NCBI GenBank assembly: GCA_965223795.1
Contig: CBDCXL010000002.1
Span: 706,596 to 770,595, forward strand
Length of the DNA stretch: 64,000 bases
Direction: 5' to 3'
Origin: Nitrospinales bacterium
GTDB lineage: Bacteria; Nitrospinota; Nitrospinia; Nitrospinales; VA-1
A program made the translations under genes and the position numbers. This document shows positions 10,055-20,433 of this stretch, piece by piece; the stretch's first letter is position 1, and each line of letters begins with the position of its first letter. Under the pieces are notes generated by a model that saw only the letters and a program-made list of their open reading frames with translations, was not told the DNA's origin and did no database searches.

Positions 10055-11287
10055 ATGTCCAAGAAGAATAACTACGTTGTCGGCCTCGACATCGGCACCA
10101 CCAAGATCTGCTGCATCATCGGGGAAGTCACCCCCGAAGGCGGAATCGATGTCATCGGGCTCGGCCAGTACCCGTCGCGCGGGCTGCGCAAGGGCGTGGT
10201 CGTCAACATCGACAGCACCGTCGAATCGATCAAAAGCGCGGTCGAGGAAGCGGAACTGATGGCGGGCTGCGAAATCGACTCGGTGTTCGTGGGCATCGCG
10301 GGAGGCCACATCAACAGCCTCAACAGTCATGGAATCATTGCCGTAAAGGGAAAGGAGATCGTCCAGAAGGACGTCGACCGGGTGATCGAAGCGGCCAAGG
10401 CCATCGCCATTCCCCTGGACCGGGAAGTCATCCATGTGCTGCCGCAGGAATACGTGGTGGACAACCAGGAGGGTATCAAGGACCCGCTGGGGATGGCGGG
10501 CGTGCGTCTGGAAGCGAAGGTGCACATCGTGACGGCGGCGGTCACCTCCGCCCAGAACATCGTCAAGTGCGTCAACAAGGCCGGGCTCGGCGTGCAGGAC
10601 ATCGTGCTCGAACAGCTCGCCTCCAGCGAGGCGGTGCTCTCGACCGACGAGAAGGAACTGGGCGCGGCCATGATCGACATCGGCGGCGGCACTTCGGACA
10701 TGGCGATCTTCTACCAGGGCGCCATCAAGCACACGTCGGTGCTGACCATCGCCGGATCGCAGATGACCAACGACATCGCGATCGGCCTTCGCACGCCCAA
10801 CAACGAAGCGGAGAAAATCAAGCATGCGTACGGCTGCGCCTATTCGGCGCTGGTCAAGGAGAGCGAGACGATCGAGGTGCCCTGTGTGGGCGGCCGCGAA
10901 CCGCGCACGGTTTCACGGCAGATCCTGAGCGAGATCATCGAAGCGCGGTCGCGCGAGATGTTCGAGATGCTCAACCATGAGCTGGAAAGCTCCGGTTTCG
11001 CCGAGATCATCTCCTCGGGAGTGGTGCTCACCGGCGGCTGCGCCTGCATGGAAGGCATGGCGGAACTGGCGGAGAGCGTGTTTCAGGGGCCCGTGCGGGT
11101 GGGTGCGCCCAACGGGCTGGGCGGTCTGATCGATGTGGTGAACAACCCCATGTATTCGACCAGCACGGGGCTGATTCAATACGGAATCCGGAAATTCAGA
11201 GCGGGTGCCACACGCGAACTCCAGGGACGCAACCTGTTTGAGAAAATATTCAGCCGCATGAAGGACTGGGCTGAAGAGTTCTTTTAA
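10055..11287 (+). CDS. ftsA: Cell division protein FtsA
   Basis: GLDIGTTKI and IDIGGGTSD motifs; C-terminal amphipathic helix. Confidence 0.98.
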   Translation: MSKKNNYVVGLDIGTTKICCIIGEVTPEGGIDVIGLGQYPSRGLRKGVVVNIDSTVESIKSAVEEAELMAGCEIDSVFVGIAGGHINSLNSHGIIAVKGKEIVQKDVDRVIEAAKAIAIPLDREVIHVLPQEYVVDNQEGIKDPLGMAGVRLEAKVHIVTAAVTSAQNIVKCVNKAGLGVQDIVLEQLASSEAVLSTDEKELGAAMIDIGGGTSDMAIFYQGAIKHTSVLTIAGSQMTNDIAIGLRTPNNEAEKIKHAYGCAYSALVKESETIEVPCVGGREPRTVSRQILSEIIEARSREMFEMLNHELESSGFAEIISSGVVLTGGCACMEGMAELAESVFQGPVRVGAPNGLGGLIDVVNNPMYSTSTGLIQYGIRKFRAGATRELQGRNLFEKIFSRMKDWAEEFF

Positions 11288-11301
11288 TCCAGGAGGACAA
11301 C

Positions 11302-12465
11302 ATGGGCTTGATCGAGTTTGAAAACAACAACGAGTATTCCGCGTGCATCAAAGTGATCGGCGTCGGCGGCGGCGGGACCAATGCGGTGAACTCCATGGTC
11401 AGGGACAACCTGCGCGGAGTCGAGTTCATCGTCGCCAACACCGACATCCAGTCGCTCGATGCCTCCGGCTGCCCGGAGAAGATCCAGATCGGCACGGAGT
11501 TGACGCGCGGGCTCGGCGCCGGCTCCAACCCCGATATCGGCAAGCGGGCCGCGGAGGAGACCGAAGATCAAATTCGTGAGACGCTGCAGGGAGCGGACAT
11601 GGTGTTCATCACCGCCGGCATGGGCGGCGGCACGGGGACCGGAGCCGCGCCCATCATCTCCCGGCTGGCGCGCGAGGTCGGGGCGCTGACGGTGGGTGTC
11701 GTCACCAAGCCGTTCGCCTTCGAGGGCCGCAAGCGCACCAACCAGGCGGAGGAAGGGATTCAGGAACTCAAGCATTCGGTGGACACGCTGATCGTGATCC
11801 CCAATCAGAAACTGCTGGGGTTCGTGGGCAAGCAGACTTCGTTCACCGGCGCGTTCGGCCTGGTGGACGACGTGCTCAAGCAGGCGGTGTGCAGCATCTC
11901 CGATCTCATCGTGGTGCCGGGTCTCATCAACCTGGACTTCGCCGACGTGAAAGCCATCATGGGCAATATGGGCAAGGCGCTCATGGGCTCGGGCGTGGCG
12001 ACCGGCGACGCGCGCGCGGTGGAGGCGGCGCAGAAGGCCATCTCCAGCCCGCTTTTGGATGAAGCGACGGTGGACGGCGCGCACGGCATCCTGATCAACA
12101 TCACCGGCGGCGAGGACCTGACGCTGCTCGAGGTCAACGAGGCGTCGATGCTGATCCAGAAAAACGCGCACGAAAACGCGCACATCATTTTCGGCGCGGT
12201 GATCGACGCGCAGATGGAAGGCCAGATGCGGGTCACGGTGATCGCCACGGGTTTTGAGGATCACGTCGACGTGCCGGTCTCCAAACCGCCGGTTTTGAAG
12301 GCCATCAAACCCGAGGAGGAACCCAAGGTGATGGAAGAGCCCAAGGACCCGTCGTACAGCAACCTCAAGAAACTGGCGTCGGCGATCAAGGATGAAAATC
12401 CGGAGTTCACGCAGATGCCGGTCAACTTCGACATCCCCACGTTCCTGAGAAAGCACGCGGACTGA
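11302..12465 (+). CDS. ftsZ: Cell division protein FtsZ
   Basis: [17 protein letters not shown] and C-terminal DIPTFLRK. Confidence 0.99.
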   Translation: MGLIEFENNNEYSACIKVIGVGGGGTNAVNSMVRDNLRGVEFIVANTDIQSLDASGCPEKIQIGTELTRGLGAGSNPDIGKRAAEETEDQIRETLQGADMVFITAGMGGGTGTGAAPIISRLAREVGALTVGVVTKPFAFEGRKRTNQAEEGIQELKHSVDTLIVIPNQKLLGFVGKQTSFTGAFGLVDDVLKQAVCSISDLIVVPGLINLDFADVKAIMGNMGKALMGSGVATGDARAVEAAQKAISSPLLDEATVDGAHGILINITGGEDLTLLEVNEASMLIQKNAHENAHIIFGAVIDAQMEGQMRVTVIATGFEDHVDVPVSKPPVLKAIKPEEEPKVMEEPKDPSYSNLKKLASAIKDENPEFTQMPVNFDIPTFLRKHAD

Positions 12466-12531
12466 ACCGGGCCCGGCCCGGTTCGGGAATGACGCCCCGA
12501 AATCCCGCCCTGCCCCATCCGGCGCACGATA

Positions 12532-12565
12532 CAAAAAAGGCCCTCCTTACGGGAGGGCCTTTTTT
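12532..12565. terminator. Bidirectional intrinsic terminator
   Basis: AAAAAAA-GGCCCTCC-ttac-GGGAGGGCC-TTTTTTT between convergent genes. Confidence 0.85.
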
Positions 12566-12593
12566 ATTGTCTGCGGTGCAACCGGAAGTCTAG

Positions 12594-13376
12594 TCACGCT
12601 CCGGCGTTTTTAGCCTCGGGGGTCTGCGCCGCGGGCATGCGCGGTTCTTTCTTTTTCATGTCGGACATGCTGGCGACCCAGGGATAGCGTTCGATTTCCT
12701 CGCCGGTGTAGCCCAGGTTGAATACGGTGGGGCTTCGCGGCATTTCATGGGTCTCGCCGTAGAAGGTTGAGAACAGGTGGTCGCACACGAAATTGGTGAT
12801 GCCGAAATTGCCCTGCTCGTTGTGGAAGTGATGCGCCAGGTGGTATTTTTTCATGCGCTTTAAAAATTCCCATTTGGGCGCATAGGCGAGATGCTGGATG
12901 CAGTGGCAGAATTCGTAAAAGCAGGTGATGATGCAGCCGGTTGCGAACGCCATGAGACTGCCGGGAAGGCCGCCGATCAGCCAGCCGATGGGCGCGGTGA
13001 TCCACAGGATGGTGGGCAGCGTGGTGGGCAGCGCACCGAACAGCACCCGGAGGTTGTTGGGGTCCTGGTGGTGGTCGAAATGAATGCGCTTCCACAGCGC
13101 CGCGGTGCGCGGGGATTTATAAAGAAACCGGCCGTGCAGAACGTAGCGGTGCAGAACGTACCAGACCGCGGGATAGATGACGATCGCGGCGATCACCGCC
13201 CCCGCCAGCGAGGCGGCGTCCTGCGCCAGGTAAAGGGACAGGGAGCACGACACCACCGCGAGGATCAGGTACGCCTGGATCGCCGGGTAGCTGAAATAGG
13301 CCCGCACCAGTTCCGCGAGCGTCATCTTGTTGAGGTAGTGTTCCCGGTCCTTCCAGAGACTGGAGCCTATCAGCAA
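12594..13376 (-). CDS. Fatty acid hydroxylase / sterol desaturase family protein
   Basis: His boxes HRYVLH, HFDHH, HCIQH and HLAHH, plus NFGIT; TM helices. Confidence 0.88.
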   Translation of the reverse strand: MLIGSSLWKDREHYLNKMTLAELVRAYFSYPAIQAYLILAVVSCSLSLYLAQDAASLAGAVIAAIVIYPAVWYVLHRYVLHGRFLYKSPRTAALWKRIHFDHHQDPNNLRVLFGALPTTLPTILWITAPIGWLIGGLPGSLMAFATGCIITCFYEFCHCIQHLAYAPKWEFLKRMKKYHLAHHFHNEQGNFGITNFVCDHLFSTFYGETHEMPRSPTVFNLGYTGEEIERYPWVASMSDMKKKEPRMPAAQTPEAKNAGA

Positions 13377-13401
13377 ATGCGGCCTCCGTGGGTGCTGGTT
13401 T

Positions 13402-14199
13402 TCACGATCCTTTGTTCAGGTCCCAGTTGTAATCCAGGTAGGCGACATCGATGCCGCCGCCGTTTAAGATTTTCTGATCGGCGGGCGACGCATACCGGGC
13501 CACGAACGGAACCACGCCTCCTTTGGGTTCAAAGTCTTCCTTGAACCACTTGAAGATAGAGGAAAGATATACTTTTCCTTTCTTCGCGTCAATCTTCATT
13601 CCCTTGCCGGCGTTGTCGAGAAATTTCCGGGTCTGCTCTTCGAGCTGTGCGTCGAGCTTCTCCGCCGTGAAGGCTTCCTTGCGCAGGTCGGGACAGCTGA
13701 CCGAAGCGCAGACGATGGCCATGTGGATGCGCGGCTCGTCCATCTTGCGCAGGATCTCGTGCTCGACCTCGTTGAGCGTGCGGATCTCCCCGGCGGCTTT
13801 GCCCGCGTCCCGGTTCCACACCGATTTGAACAGGCTGCCGACATCCTTGATGCTTTCGACGGGATAGTTGTCGGCGACCACTTTGACCGCGAGGAGGTTG
13901 TAGGCGTTGATCCAGAATGCCAGCTTCTCCTCACGGGTTTTCAGGCCGGACAAAGAAGCGCTGGCGAGCGCGTCCAGCGCCTTCTGATAATCCGGGTCCT
14001 GTTTGAGTTTTTCATACTGGACACCGCTGAGCTCAACCCCATCGATCGTCACCGGCTGAACGTATTTTTTCAGCAGTGCATCCCAGTGGGAAAAATCGGC
14101 GGCCAGCGCGGGCGCGGTGAAACAGGCAAAGAATGCCGCGATCGCTACAAAATGCATGCAAATACGGCGTTTACTCCTGCTGTTCTTGATCGGTTTCAT
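13402..14199 (-). CDS. Exported DUF547 domain protein
   Basis: Signal peptide; LAFWINAYN, EPRIHMAIVCASVSCPDL, LSSIFKWF and YNWDLN motifs; start uncertain (14158-14223). Confidence 0.88.
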   Translation of the reverse strand: MKPIKNSRSKRRICMHFVAIAAFFACFTAPALAADFSHWDALLKKYVQPVTIDGVELSGVQYEKLKQDPDYQKALDALASASLSGLKTREEKLAFWINAYNLLAVKVVADNYPVESIKDVGSLFKSVWNRDAGKAAGEIRTLNEVEHEILRKMDEPRIHMAIVCASVSCPDLRKEAFTAEKLDAQLEEQTRKFLDNAGKGMKIDAKKGKVYLSSIFKWFKEDFEPKGGVVPFVARYASPADQKILNGGGIDVAYLDYNWDLNKGS

Positions 14200-14464
14200 G
14201 GGTCTCTTCCTTAAACAATTCATTTATCAGGTTCTATTGCGTATTTCACAGCCACTCCAGGCTTGACTTTCCTGTTTCGATCGTTAGTATATTTTATTAA
14301 TAATTCCTTACAGAGTGTCGGCTTTCCAGCCATTCCGCATCCCCTTTTTACCTGGACTGAGGCCGATGGAATTTTAACGAGCCAAATCGATTTTTGCTTC
14401 TTTCGATGCAATCCGGCACTCCATCGCCGATCTTGCAACGTGAACAGAGAGGCGATGCATTCGC

Positions 14465-15403
14465 ATGCTGAATATCTTCCGCAATATTTTCACCGTGAAC
14501 GGTTCGTCGGAACCTCTGGTTCTGCGCCGCACCAAGGCCGATCCGAAAGACCTGCTTTTCATATCGGACCTCGACGGCACGCTGCTCGACAATTACGGTG
14601 AGATTTCGCAGAACTCGATCGACAGGCTGAACCGCCTGATCGACAACGGCATGCAATTCACCATCGCCACCGCCCGCAATTACGAATCGGTGTACCCGAT
14701 CCTGCAGGGGCTGAAACTGGAAATCCCCATGATCCTGTTCAACGGCGTCTACCTCACCGAATTCCAAACCGGCCGCAATGTCTTTCTCACGGAATTCATC
14801 ACGCGCGAAGTGGTTTCGCAGATGATGAAAATGGCCGCGCCCCTGGGCATCGACCCGTTCATCTACACGTATAACGGAGAGAACTCGCAGAACAACCACC
14901 GGGTGTATTACCGCAAAACCGCCAACGACGGCGCCAAGGCCTACGTCGAGAGCATGAAGGGCGAACGCAGGCTGACGAAAACCGACGACTTTCTGTTCAG
15001 CAAAGAGGAAAAGGTGTCCGGATTTCTGCTGATCGAAAAGAAAAAGGCCCTCAAACCCATCTATCAGGAACTCAAACGGCGGTTTTCCGACTGCATCAAT
15101 CTGTATTTCGCCCAGGACGTTTCGGTCAAGGGCTATTACTGGCTGCAGGCGTTTCACCAGCAGGCGACCAAGGGAAAAATGGTGAAGATCCTGTCCCAGT
15201 ACCTCAAGCACCCGCTCAAGGACGTGGTGGTGTTCGGCGATTACATGAACGACATGACCATGTTCAAGATCGCGGGCCATTCGGTGGCGATGTCCAACGC
15301 GGTTCCGGAGATCAAGGAGATCGCGCACGAAGTCATCGGCAGCAACGAGAGCGGCGCGGTGATCGATTATCTTGAATCTTTGGGATTCGACCACAAACCG
15401 TAG
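14465..15403 (+). CDS. Cof-type HAD-IIB hydrolase
   Basis: DLDGTLL, ATAR and GDYMNDMTM motifs. Confidence 0.9.
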   Translation: MLNIFRNIFTVNGSSEPLVLRRTKADPKDLLFISDLDGTLLDNYGEISQNSIDRLNRLIDNGMQFTIATARNYESVYPILQGLKLEIPMILFNGVYLTEFQTGRNVFLTEFITREVVSQMMKMAAPLGIDPFIYTYNGENSQNNHRVYYRKTANDGAKAYVESMKGERRLTKTDDFLFSKEEKVSGFLLIEKKKALKPIYQELKRRFSDCINLYFAQDVSVKGYYWLQAFHQQATKGKMVKILSQYLKHPLKDVVVFGDYMNDMTMFKIAGHSVAMSNAVPEIKEIAHEVIGSNESGAVIDYLESLGFDHKP

Positions 15404-15461
15404 TATACTTTTCCCGACAATACCCCGTTGCATGACTTTCAATTGAGGCAAAAAAGGCATC

Positions 15462-16067
15462 ATGTCCGATCAGGAATTCCCCGAGGAAGCGAAAAAAACC
15501 GTCTATCAGCGTGACAAGACGGCGAAGGAACCGGTCAAGCCGGAGGCGGCAGCGAAAAAACCTCCCGTCAAACCGAAGTTCAAGCCGAAAAAGGTGTTCG
15601 TCCCGAAAAAGGCGGTGCTGAAAACCGACAAGCCGCAGGAATACCGGGTGCGTCACCTGCGCATGTCGTCCGTGGAAGCGGCGGAGATGATCCGCCAGAC
15701 GCTGCTCGAATTTCAGAAAGAGCTTGAAGAAAAACCGGCGGACGACCCGGACAAGGAATTCCACGATCGGGAAAAGGTGGAGAAATTCTTCGCCAAGCTG
15801 GCGAAAAAATACAGCAATTGCGCCACGCGCGCGCTGGGCGGCGATCTTGGCTGGGTCTACAAAGGCATGAACATCCCCGAAGAGGTGCTGACCGCCGACC
15901 TGGTGGAGACCATCGTGAAGACCGAAAAGCACGCCATCGTGGAGCCGGTCCGATCCAAACTGGGCATCCACCTGCTGCTGGTGTGCGAGAGCCGCATCCG
16001 CGTGCCCAAAAATGAAGAAACGCCTTCGATGCCGAACCCCAAATCCATCCCCGGCGTCCCCAACTGA
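15462..16067 (+). CDS. Parvulin/PpiC-type peptidyl-prolyl isomerase
   Basis: VRHLR, LAKKYSNC, GGDLGW and VRSKLGIHLL motifs; K/P-rich N-terminus. Confidence 0.82.
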   Translation: MSDQEFPEEAKKTVYQRDKTAKEPVKPEAAAKKPPVKPKFKPKKVFVPKKAVLKTDKPQEYRVRHLRMSSVEAAEMIRQTLLEFQKELEEKPADDPDKEFHDREKVEKFFAKLAKKYSNCATRALGGDLGWVYKGMNIPEEVLTADLVETIVKTEKHAIVEPVRSKLGIHLLLVCESRIRVPKNEETPSMPNPKSIPGVPN

Positions 16068-16152
16068 TCCGCCCTGCCCCGCTCGCACCCCGCACTTACC
16101 CGAAAAGGCCAACAGGCGGAGTCGAACCGCATATTTTTAAAATGATTCTAGA

Positions 16153-16436
16153 TCAGAAGCGGATGTCTTTTCCCAGCTCGTCGCGCAGCACGATCTCGGC
16201 GGGGGTGTAGTATTTCTTGTTGTTGTTGCAGGATTTGCAGGAAACGACGAGGTTCCCCTTTGTGCTTTTGCCGCCCCGGGACAGGGGCACGATGTGGTCC
16301 ATCGTCAGTTCGGCGGGATCGAATTGCCACCGCAGTAATGACAGACGCCTTCGTTGAGCTTGTTCTGCCACCACTGCGTTTTGCGCAGTTTGCGCGCTTT
16401 GGCTTTTTCCTGTCGGAAGCGGTCGTCCTCTTTCAT
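16153..16436 (-). pseudogene. HNH endonuclease interrupted by a 1-nt frameshift (real or sequencing error)
   Basis: One frame reads MKEDDRFRQEKAKARKLRKTQWWQNKLNEGVCHYCGG; the next frame continues FDPAELTMDHIVPLSRGGKSTKGNLVVSCKSCN. Confidence 0.8.
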
Positions 16437-16491
16437 GCTGCTCGAATCAAATCGCGGCTTCGGCTGTCAGGCGGAAGCCGTTTTGGGTTCT

Positions 16492-16953
16492 TCATCCCAC
16501 AAGTTCCAGCCAGGCGGGATCGATCATCACCTGGGGATTCAGGCTCAGCCGGGCGGCGCGAACGGAGCCGGAGATGCTGCCCTGAGGATACCAGTGCATG
16601 TCGCCGGTGTCGAATTCGAACCCGAGGGCGGCCGAAAGCCGGGTTTCGCAGGTCCAGAAGCAGCTGCCGTAGCTGAACTCGAACACCGGATCGATATGCA
16701 GGATGAAGGTTTTGCCGCGCGACTGAAACGGTTTGCCGATTTCGTACAGGCTCTGGATTTCCAGCCGGCTGGGGAGGCGCCAGTCGTCGTGCCCGCCCAG
16801 TTTCCGCTCGTTCAGCTTGCGAACGTAGCTGTTGGCGTCGTACCAGTTGATGTAATTGCCGGTTTCGACATAGGCGTAACTTTCCTGCCACATCAGGCCG
16901 GTGTGGGTGTCGCTGATGGTCCCATCGCTGTTGCTTTCGAAACGGCTCGTCAT
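16492..16953 (-). CDS. DUF1566 (Lcl C-terminal-like) domain protein
   Basis: DGTISDTHTGLMWQ and GHDDWRLPSRLEI motifs. Confidence 0.85.
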   Translation of the reverse strand: MTSRFESNSDGTISDTHTGLMWQESYAYVETGNYINWYDANSYVRKLNERKLGGHDDWRLPSRLEIQSLYEIGKPFQSRGKTFILHIDPVFEFSYGSCFWTCETRLSAALGFEFDTGDMHWYPQGSISGSVRAARLSLNPQVMIDPAWLELVG

Positions 16954-17156
16954 CGCGGCTTGCAAATTATATAGAAATTTATATAAGTTTCACCAAATTA
17001 CCTCAAGTGAAACTTAAAGGATTTTCCTCACATCGGAAAAAATTTTATCACAACTTTCATTCAGAAAAGCACTATTAAAAACGATTTCAGTTCGTTCTCG
17101 GCCATTTTACGTCCAAAGGCATGCGCCTTTTTCTCCCCGTTCGGGCCAAGCCGCGC

Positions 17157-20100
17157 TCATTTTGCGGTGTAGGACACCAGTTCGTATTCCTCCGCATCGT
17201 TTGGAGCGGTGCGCGGAGGGTTGCGGAAATCCGGCTCCACCACCAGTTGAAGGCCGTCTTCACGCTGCCCGGCCGCGCGGATTTCGACGCCATGTTCGCT
17301 GTCGGCGAGCAGACCGAGCCTGCGCATCTGGCTGGGCGAAACGCGCAGCGTGTAGCGGCCGGGAGGCACTCGGGCAAAGAGGAAGCCGCCGTCGTAGGCG
17401 GATCGCACGCTCTGGACCACGGCCGCTTCTTCCATTTTAAGTGGCAATTTAAACCGTTCGATCAGCCGGGGCCGCTGCCCGGAGACTGCGGAAGTGAAAA
17501 ATTCCCGCTCCCGCATGTGGTGGAAATCGATCTTTCGGGCGATTTCGCCCTCGCTGTCGATGTAATGGCGCAGGGTTTGCCGTTTGAGCCGCTCTTCCAG
17601 CTCGTCGCGCTGCTTCACCAGCTCGACCTTCACGTTGGCGGCGGCGCGGCGGGACGCGCCGTGGCCGAGAAACACGCTGCCGCCAATCTCTCCGGTCGGG
17701 ATGACGGGGAAATTGATCAGGGCCGGGCTGCCCGGCCGGGGGACCACTTCCATGCCTTCGCGGGCCAGCATCCAGAACGGGTCCTCCAGGCTGGCCTGGT
17801 CCACCGACAGGGAAACCGGCTGGTAGCTGGCCAGTCCGGGCAGAAACGCCAGTCCCTGCCGGTCGGTGCGCACGCTGCGGGTGCCCTCCTGCACCTCGAT
17901 GTTCTCCAGCGGCTCGTCGGCCTCGTCGAAGGCGCCGTTGTGGTTCTTGTCGAGAAATACCCGCGCCGAGGCGGCTCCCTGGGTGGCCATGCGGTCCGCC
18001 AGCACCACCCAGCGTTTGCCGCGCGGCTCGCGCCCGAGGCTGAAGGTGAGCGAGGAGCCGAGCGCATAGTCGCCCTCATCGGAATAACTGCCCTCCATGC
18101 CGAGCGCGAACATGGGGAACCGGCGGTTGAGTCCGGCGGAATAGATGGTCTCGCGCTCGCCGTTCAGGATCCGGTCCACGGTGAGGCGGGTGCTCAGGTT
18201 GCGGGTCAGGTCGTAGTCGCCGGTCACCGAGGTGCGGGTCAGTTCGGTCACCGGCTCGATGCCGTAGTCGAGCGCGCCGCGCAAGGACAGTCTGAGGATG
18301 CGCCCGTTGGCGAGCAGGGTACCGTCGCCCTGGGTGAACGGCTCCTGCTGGCCGCCGCGGTTGAGAAACCAGTTTAAGGTGTTGGAGACGGAGACGCCGC
18401 CGAAATACATGGAGAGCCGGTTGGACAGGTCGATCTCGACGCGGCCGGATTCGCGCCGGTCCAGTTCGCCCTCGATGGTGATGGGAATGCGCGGCAGAAA
18501 GAAACCGGGGACGGCGCTGTCCAGCCTGAGGTTGGTGGTGCTTTCCAGGGGATCGGCGGCGCGCGCCACCCGTTCGCTGACGAAATCGAAAAAATGCCCG
18601 TGCTCCAGGAACAGGTTGACGCCGAACAGATCGGTCAGTGTCGCGATCTGCGCCGCCGTCCCGCCCTTGTCGTCCCGGGTGACGCCGAGGCGGGAAAACG
18701 CGCCGCCCAGCGAGGCTCTCAGTCCGAGGGTGCCGTAGTTCCTGCGGTCGCCCTCAAACGGCAGGCTGGCGATATTGCCGGCCACGGAAATGTGGCGGCT
18801 CAGGCCGCGCTCGTATTCGGCGAAGTAGCGCGCCCTGCCCTTTTCGGGTTCGAGCGAATTTGCATCCTCGCCCACCTGCACGAGGTCCTGTTCCTGAAAA
18901 TTGCCGGACAGCCGGAAATACTGCCGGCCCGCCCGCACCTGTTCCTCACCCACGAAGATGCGGCGGATGGTCTCGCGTTTCTGTCCCTGCGGACCGTAGA
19001 ACACCAGACGCAGGACGTTGGAACCGAACAGCAGCGGCACGTCGAGGAATTCGAAACGCCCGTCGGCGTTGGGCGTCACCTGGGAATCGAGCAGCACTTC
19101 GTTGCGGTACAGCTCCACCTGCCAGCCGACGGAAAGCTCGCCGCGCAGGTTGATGCGGTCGAACTCGCCCTGCCGGTAAAACGGAAAGCTGGAAATTTCA
19201 AACCCGGCTCCGGAGCGGCTGTCCGCTACCAGCGGCAGCTGCGGGTTGAAGATGTCTCCGAGCGCGAACTCGCGTGCGGAAAGCGGCCCGAACAGGCCGC
19301 CCTCGGGGTCCTTGCGCCCCAGCCGCAGGCGTACGTCGGATAACGAATCGCGTTCGTCTCCGGCCAGGAACACTTCGGAATCCATGTACAGCACATCGCC
19401 CGCAAGCAGCGCGCTGTACAGCGACTGCGCCTGGTCCTCTTCGCTCTTGTAGTTGAAGTCGTAGCTCAGGTCCATGGAAGGCCAGTCCAGTATTTTGTAG
19501 GGCGGCCGCACGCGCGGAAGCGAATCCGTTTCGGGCTGGCGTTTCGTTTCCTTCACTTTCTGCTGCCGGACCAGGCGGTTTTCCAGCAGCAGCGGTTCGT
19601 GGTTGAGGATCTCGATTTTCAGGCTGGACAGGTTGAACTCGAAATCGAGGGGAAACCAGCGGCTGAGCAGGGAGGTGTGGACGTACAGATCCTGCGGGCG
19701 GCGTTCCACGAGCCGGGTGTTGAGGGGAGAGCGTTTCCCCTCGACGGTCGCGGTGCCGTCGTTGAGATCGAGATAAAAGGCGCGGTTTTCGTTCTGATAC
19801 CAGCCCCAGGCGAAGCCGCTTTGCGGATCGACGGTGATCCCCCATTCGAGCAGAAACGCCAGCTCTCCCAGGGGCAGCAGCAGGCCCTCGCGGTGCAGGT
19901 GGCCGACCAGGTTTTCGCTGAGGATGAAATCGCGCAGGCGCACCTGCAAGACCAGCGGCGCCGTTTCGGAGCGATCGAACACGCTTTCCTGCTCTCCTGC
20001 GCGGAGGGCGCGCTTGCTCACGACGGGCGGTGCCTTCTGGCCGGGTGCCGGACTTTCCCCGCCGGATCGTTCTCCTGCACGGAGGGCGTGTTCGCTCGCG

Positions 20101-20414
20101 ACGGACGGCGCTTTCTGGCCGGGTGCCGGACTTTCCCCGCCGGATCGTTCTCCTGCGCGGAGGGCGTGTTCGCTCGCGACGGACGGCGCTTTCCGGCCGG
20201 GTGCCGGACTTTCCCCGCCGGATCGTTCTCCTGCGCGGAGGGCGTCTCCGCTTCCGCCGGGCGGCGGTCCGGTGCCATCGGGGCGCGCGGGTATCGCTTC
20301 GCTGCCTGCCCCGCCTTTGCCGGGCGCACCGGCGGCGGCCTCGGGATGGGCAAACTCCGCCCTTCCCGCCGTCAGGACAAATAGCACCAATGCGATGAGC
20401 GCCCGAAACCGCAT
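17157..20414 (-). CDS. Usher-like outer-membrane fimbrial biogenesis protein with C-terminal carboxypeptidase-regulatory-like domains
   Basis: Signal peptide; GWQVELYRNEVLLD...VPLLFGSNVLRLVFYGPQGQ; beta-rich barrel region; RVFLDKNHNGAFD; downstream of the chaperone and pilin genes. Confidence 0.75.
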   Translation of the reverse strand: MRFRALIALVLFVLTAGRAEFAHPEAAAGAPGKGGAGSEAIPARPDGTGPPPGGSGDALRAGERSGGESPAPGRKAPSVASEHALRAGERSGGESPAPGQKAPSVASEHALRAGERSGGESPAPGQKAPPVVSKRALRAGEQESVFDRSETAPLVLQVRLRDFILSENLVGHLHREGLLLPLGELAFLLEWGITVDPQSGFAWGWYQNENRAFYLDLNDGTATVEGKRSPLNTRLVERRPQDLYVHTSLLSRWFPLDFEFNLSSLKIEILNHEPLLLENRLVRQQKVKETKRQPETDSLPRVRPPYKILDWPSMDLSYDFNYKSEEDQAQSLYSALLAGDVLYMDSEVFLAGDERDSLSDVRLRLGRKDPEGGLFGPLSAREFALGDIFNPQLPLVADSRSGAGFEISSFPFYRQGEFDRINLRGELSVGWQVELYRNEVLLDSQVTPNADGRFEFLDVPLLFGSNVLRLVFYGPQGQKRETIRRIFVGEEQVRAGRQYFRLSGNFQEQDLVQVGEDANSLEPEKGRARYFAEYERGLSRHISVAGNIASLPFEGDRRNYGTLGLRASLGGAFSRLGVTRDDKGGTAAQIATLTDLFGVNLFLEHGHFFDFVSERVARAADPLESTTNLRLDSAVPGFFLPRIPITIEGELDRRESGRVEIDLSNRLSMYFGGVSVSNTLNWFLNRGGQQEPFTQGDGTLLANGRILRLSLRGALDYGIEPVTELTRTSVTGDYDLTRNLSTRLTVDRILNGERETIYSAGLNRRFPMFALGMEGSYSDEGDYALGSSLTFSLGREPRGKRWVVLADRMATQGAASARVFLDKNHNGAFDEADEPLENIEVQEGTRSVRTDRQGLAFLPGLASYQPVSLSVDQASLEDPFWMLAREGMEVVPRPGSPALINFPVIPTGEIGGSVFLGHGASRRAAANVKVELVKQRDELEERLKRQTLRHYIDSEGEIARKIDFHHMREREFFTSAVSGQRPRLIERFKLPLKMEEAAVVQSVRSAYDGGFLFARVPPGRYTLRVSPSQMRRLGLLADSEHGVEIRAAGQREDGLQLVVEPDFRNPPRTAPNDAEEYELVSYTAK
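19993..20244. repeat. 78-bp in-frame tandem repeat, 3 units plus a partial fourth
   Basis: Units start at 19993, 20071, 20149 and 20227; encode ALRAGERSGGESPAPG(R/Q)KAPSVASEH on the minus strand. Confidence 0.95.
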
Positions 20415-20433
20415 GCAGACCGCCTTGAACCGA

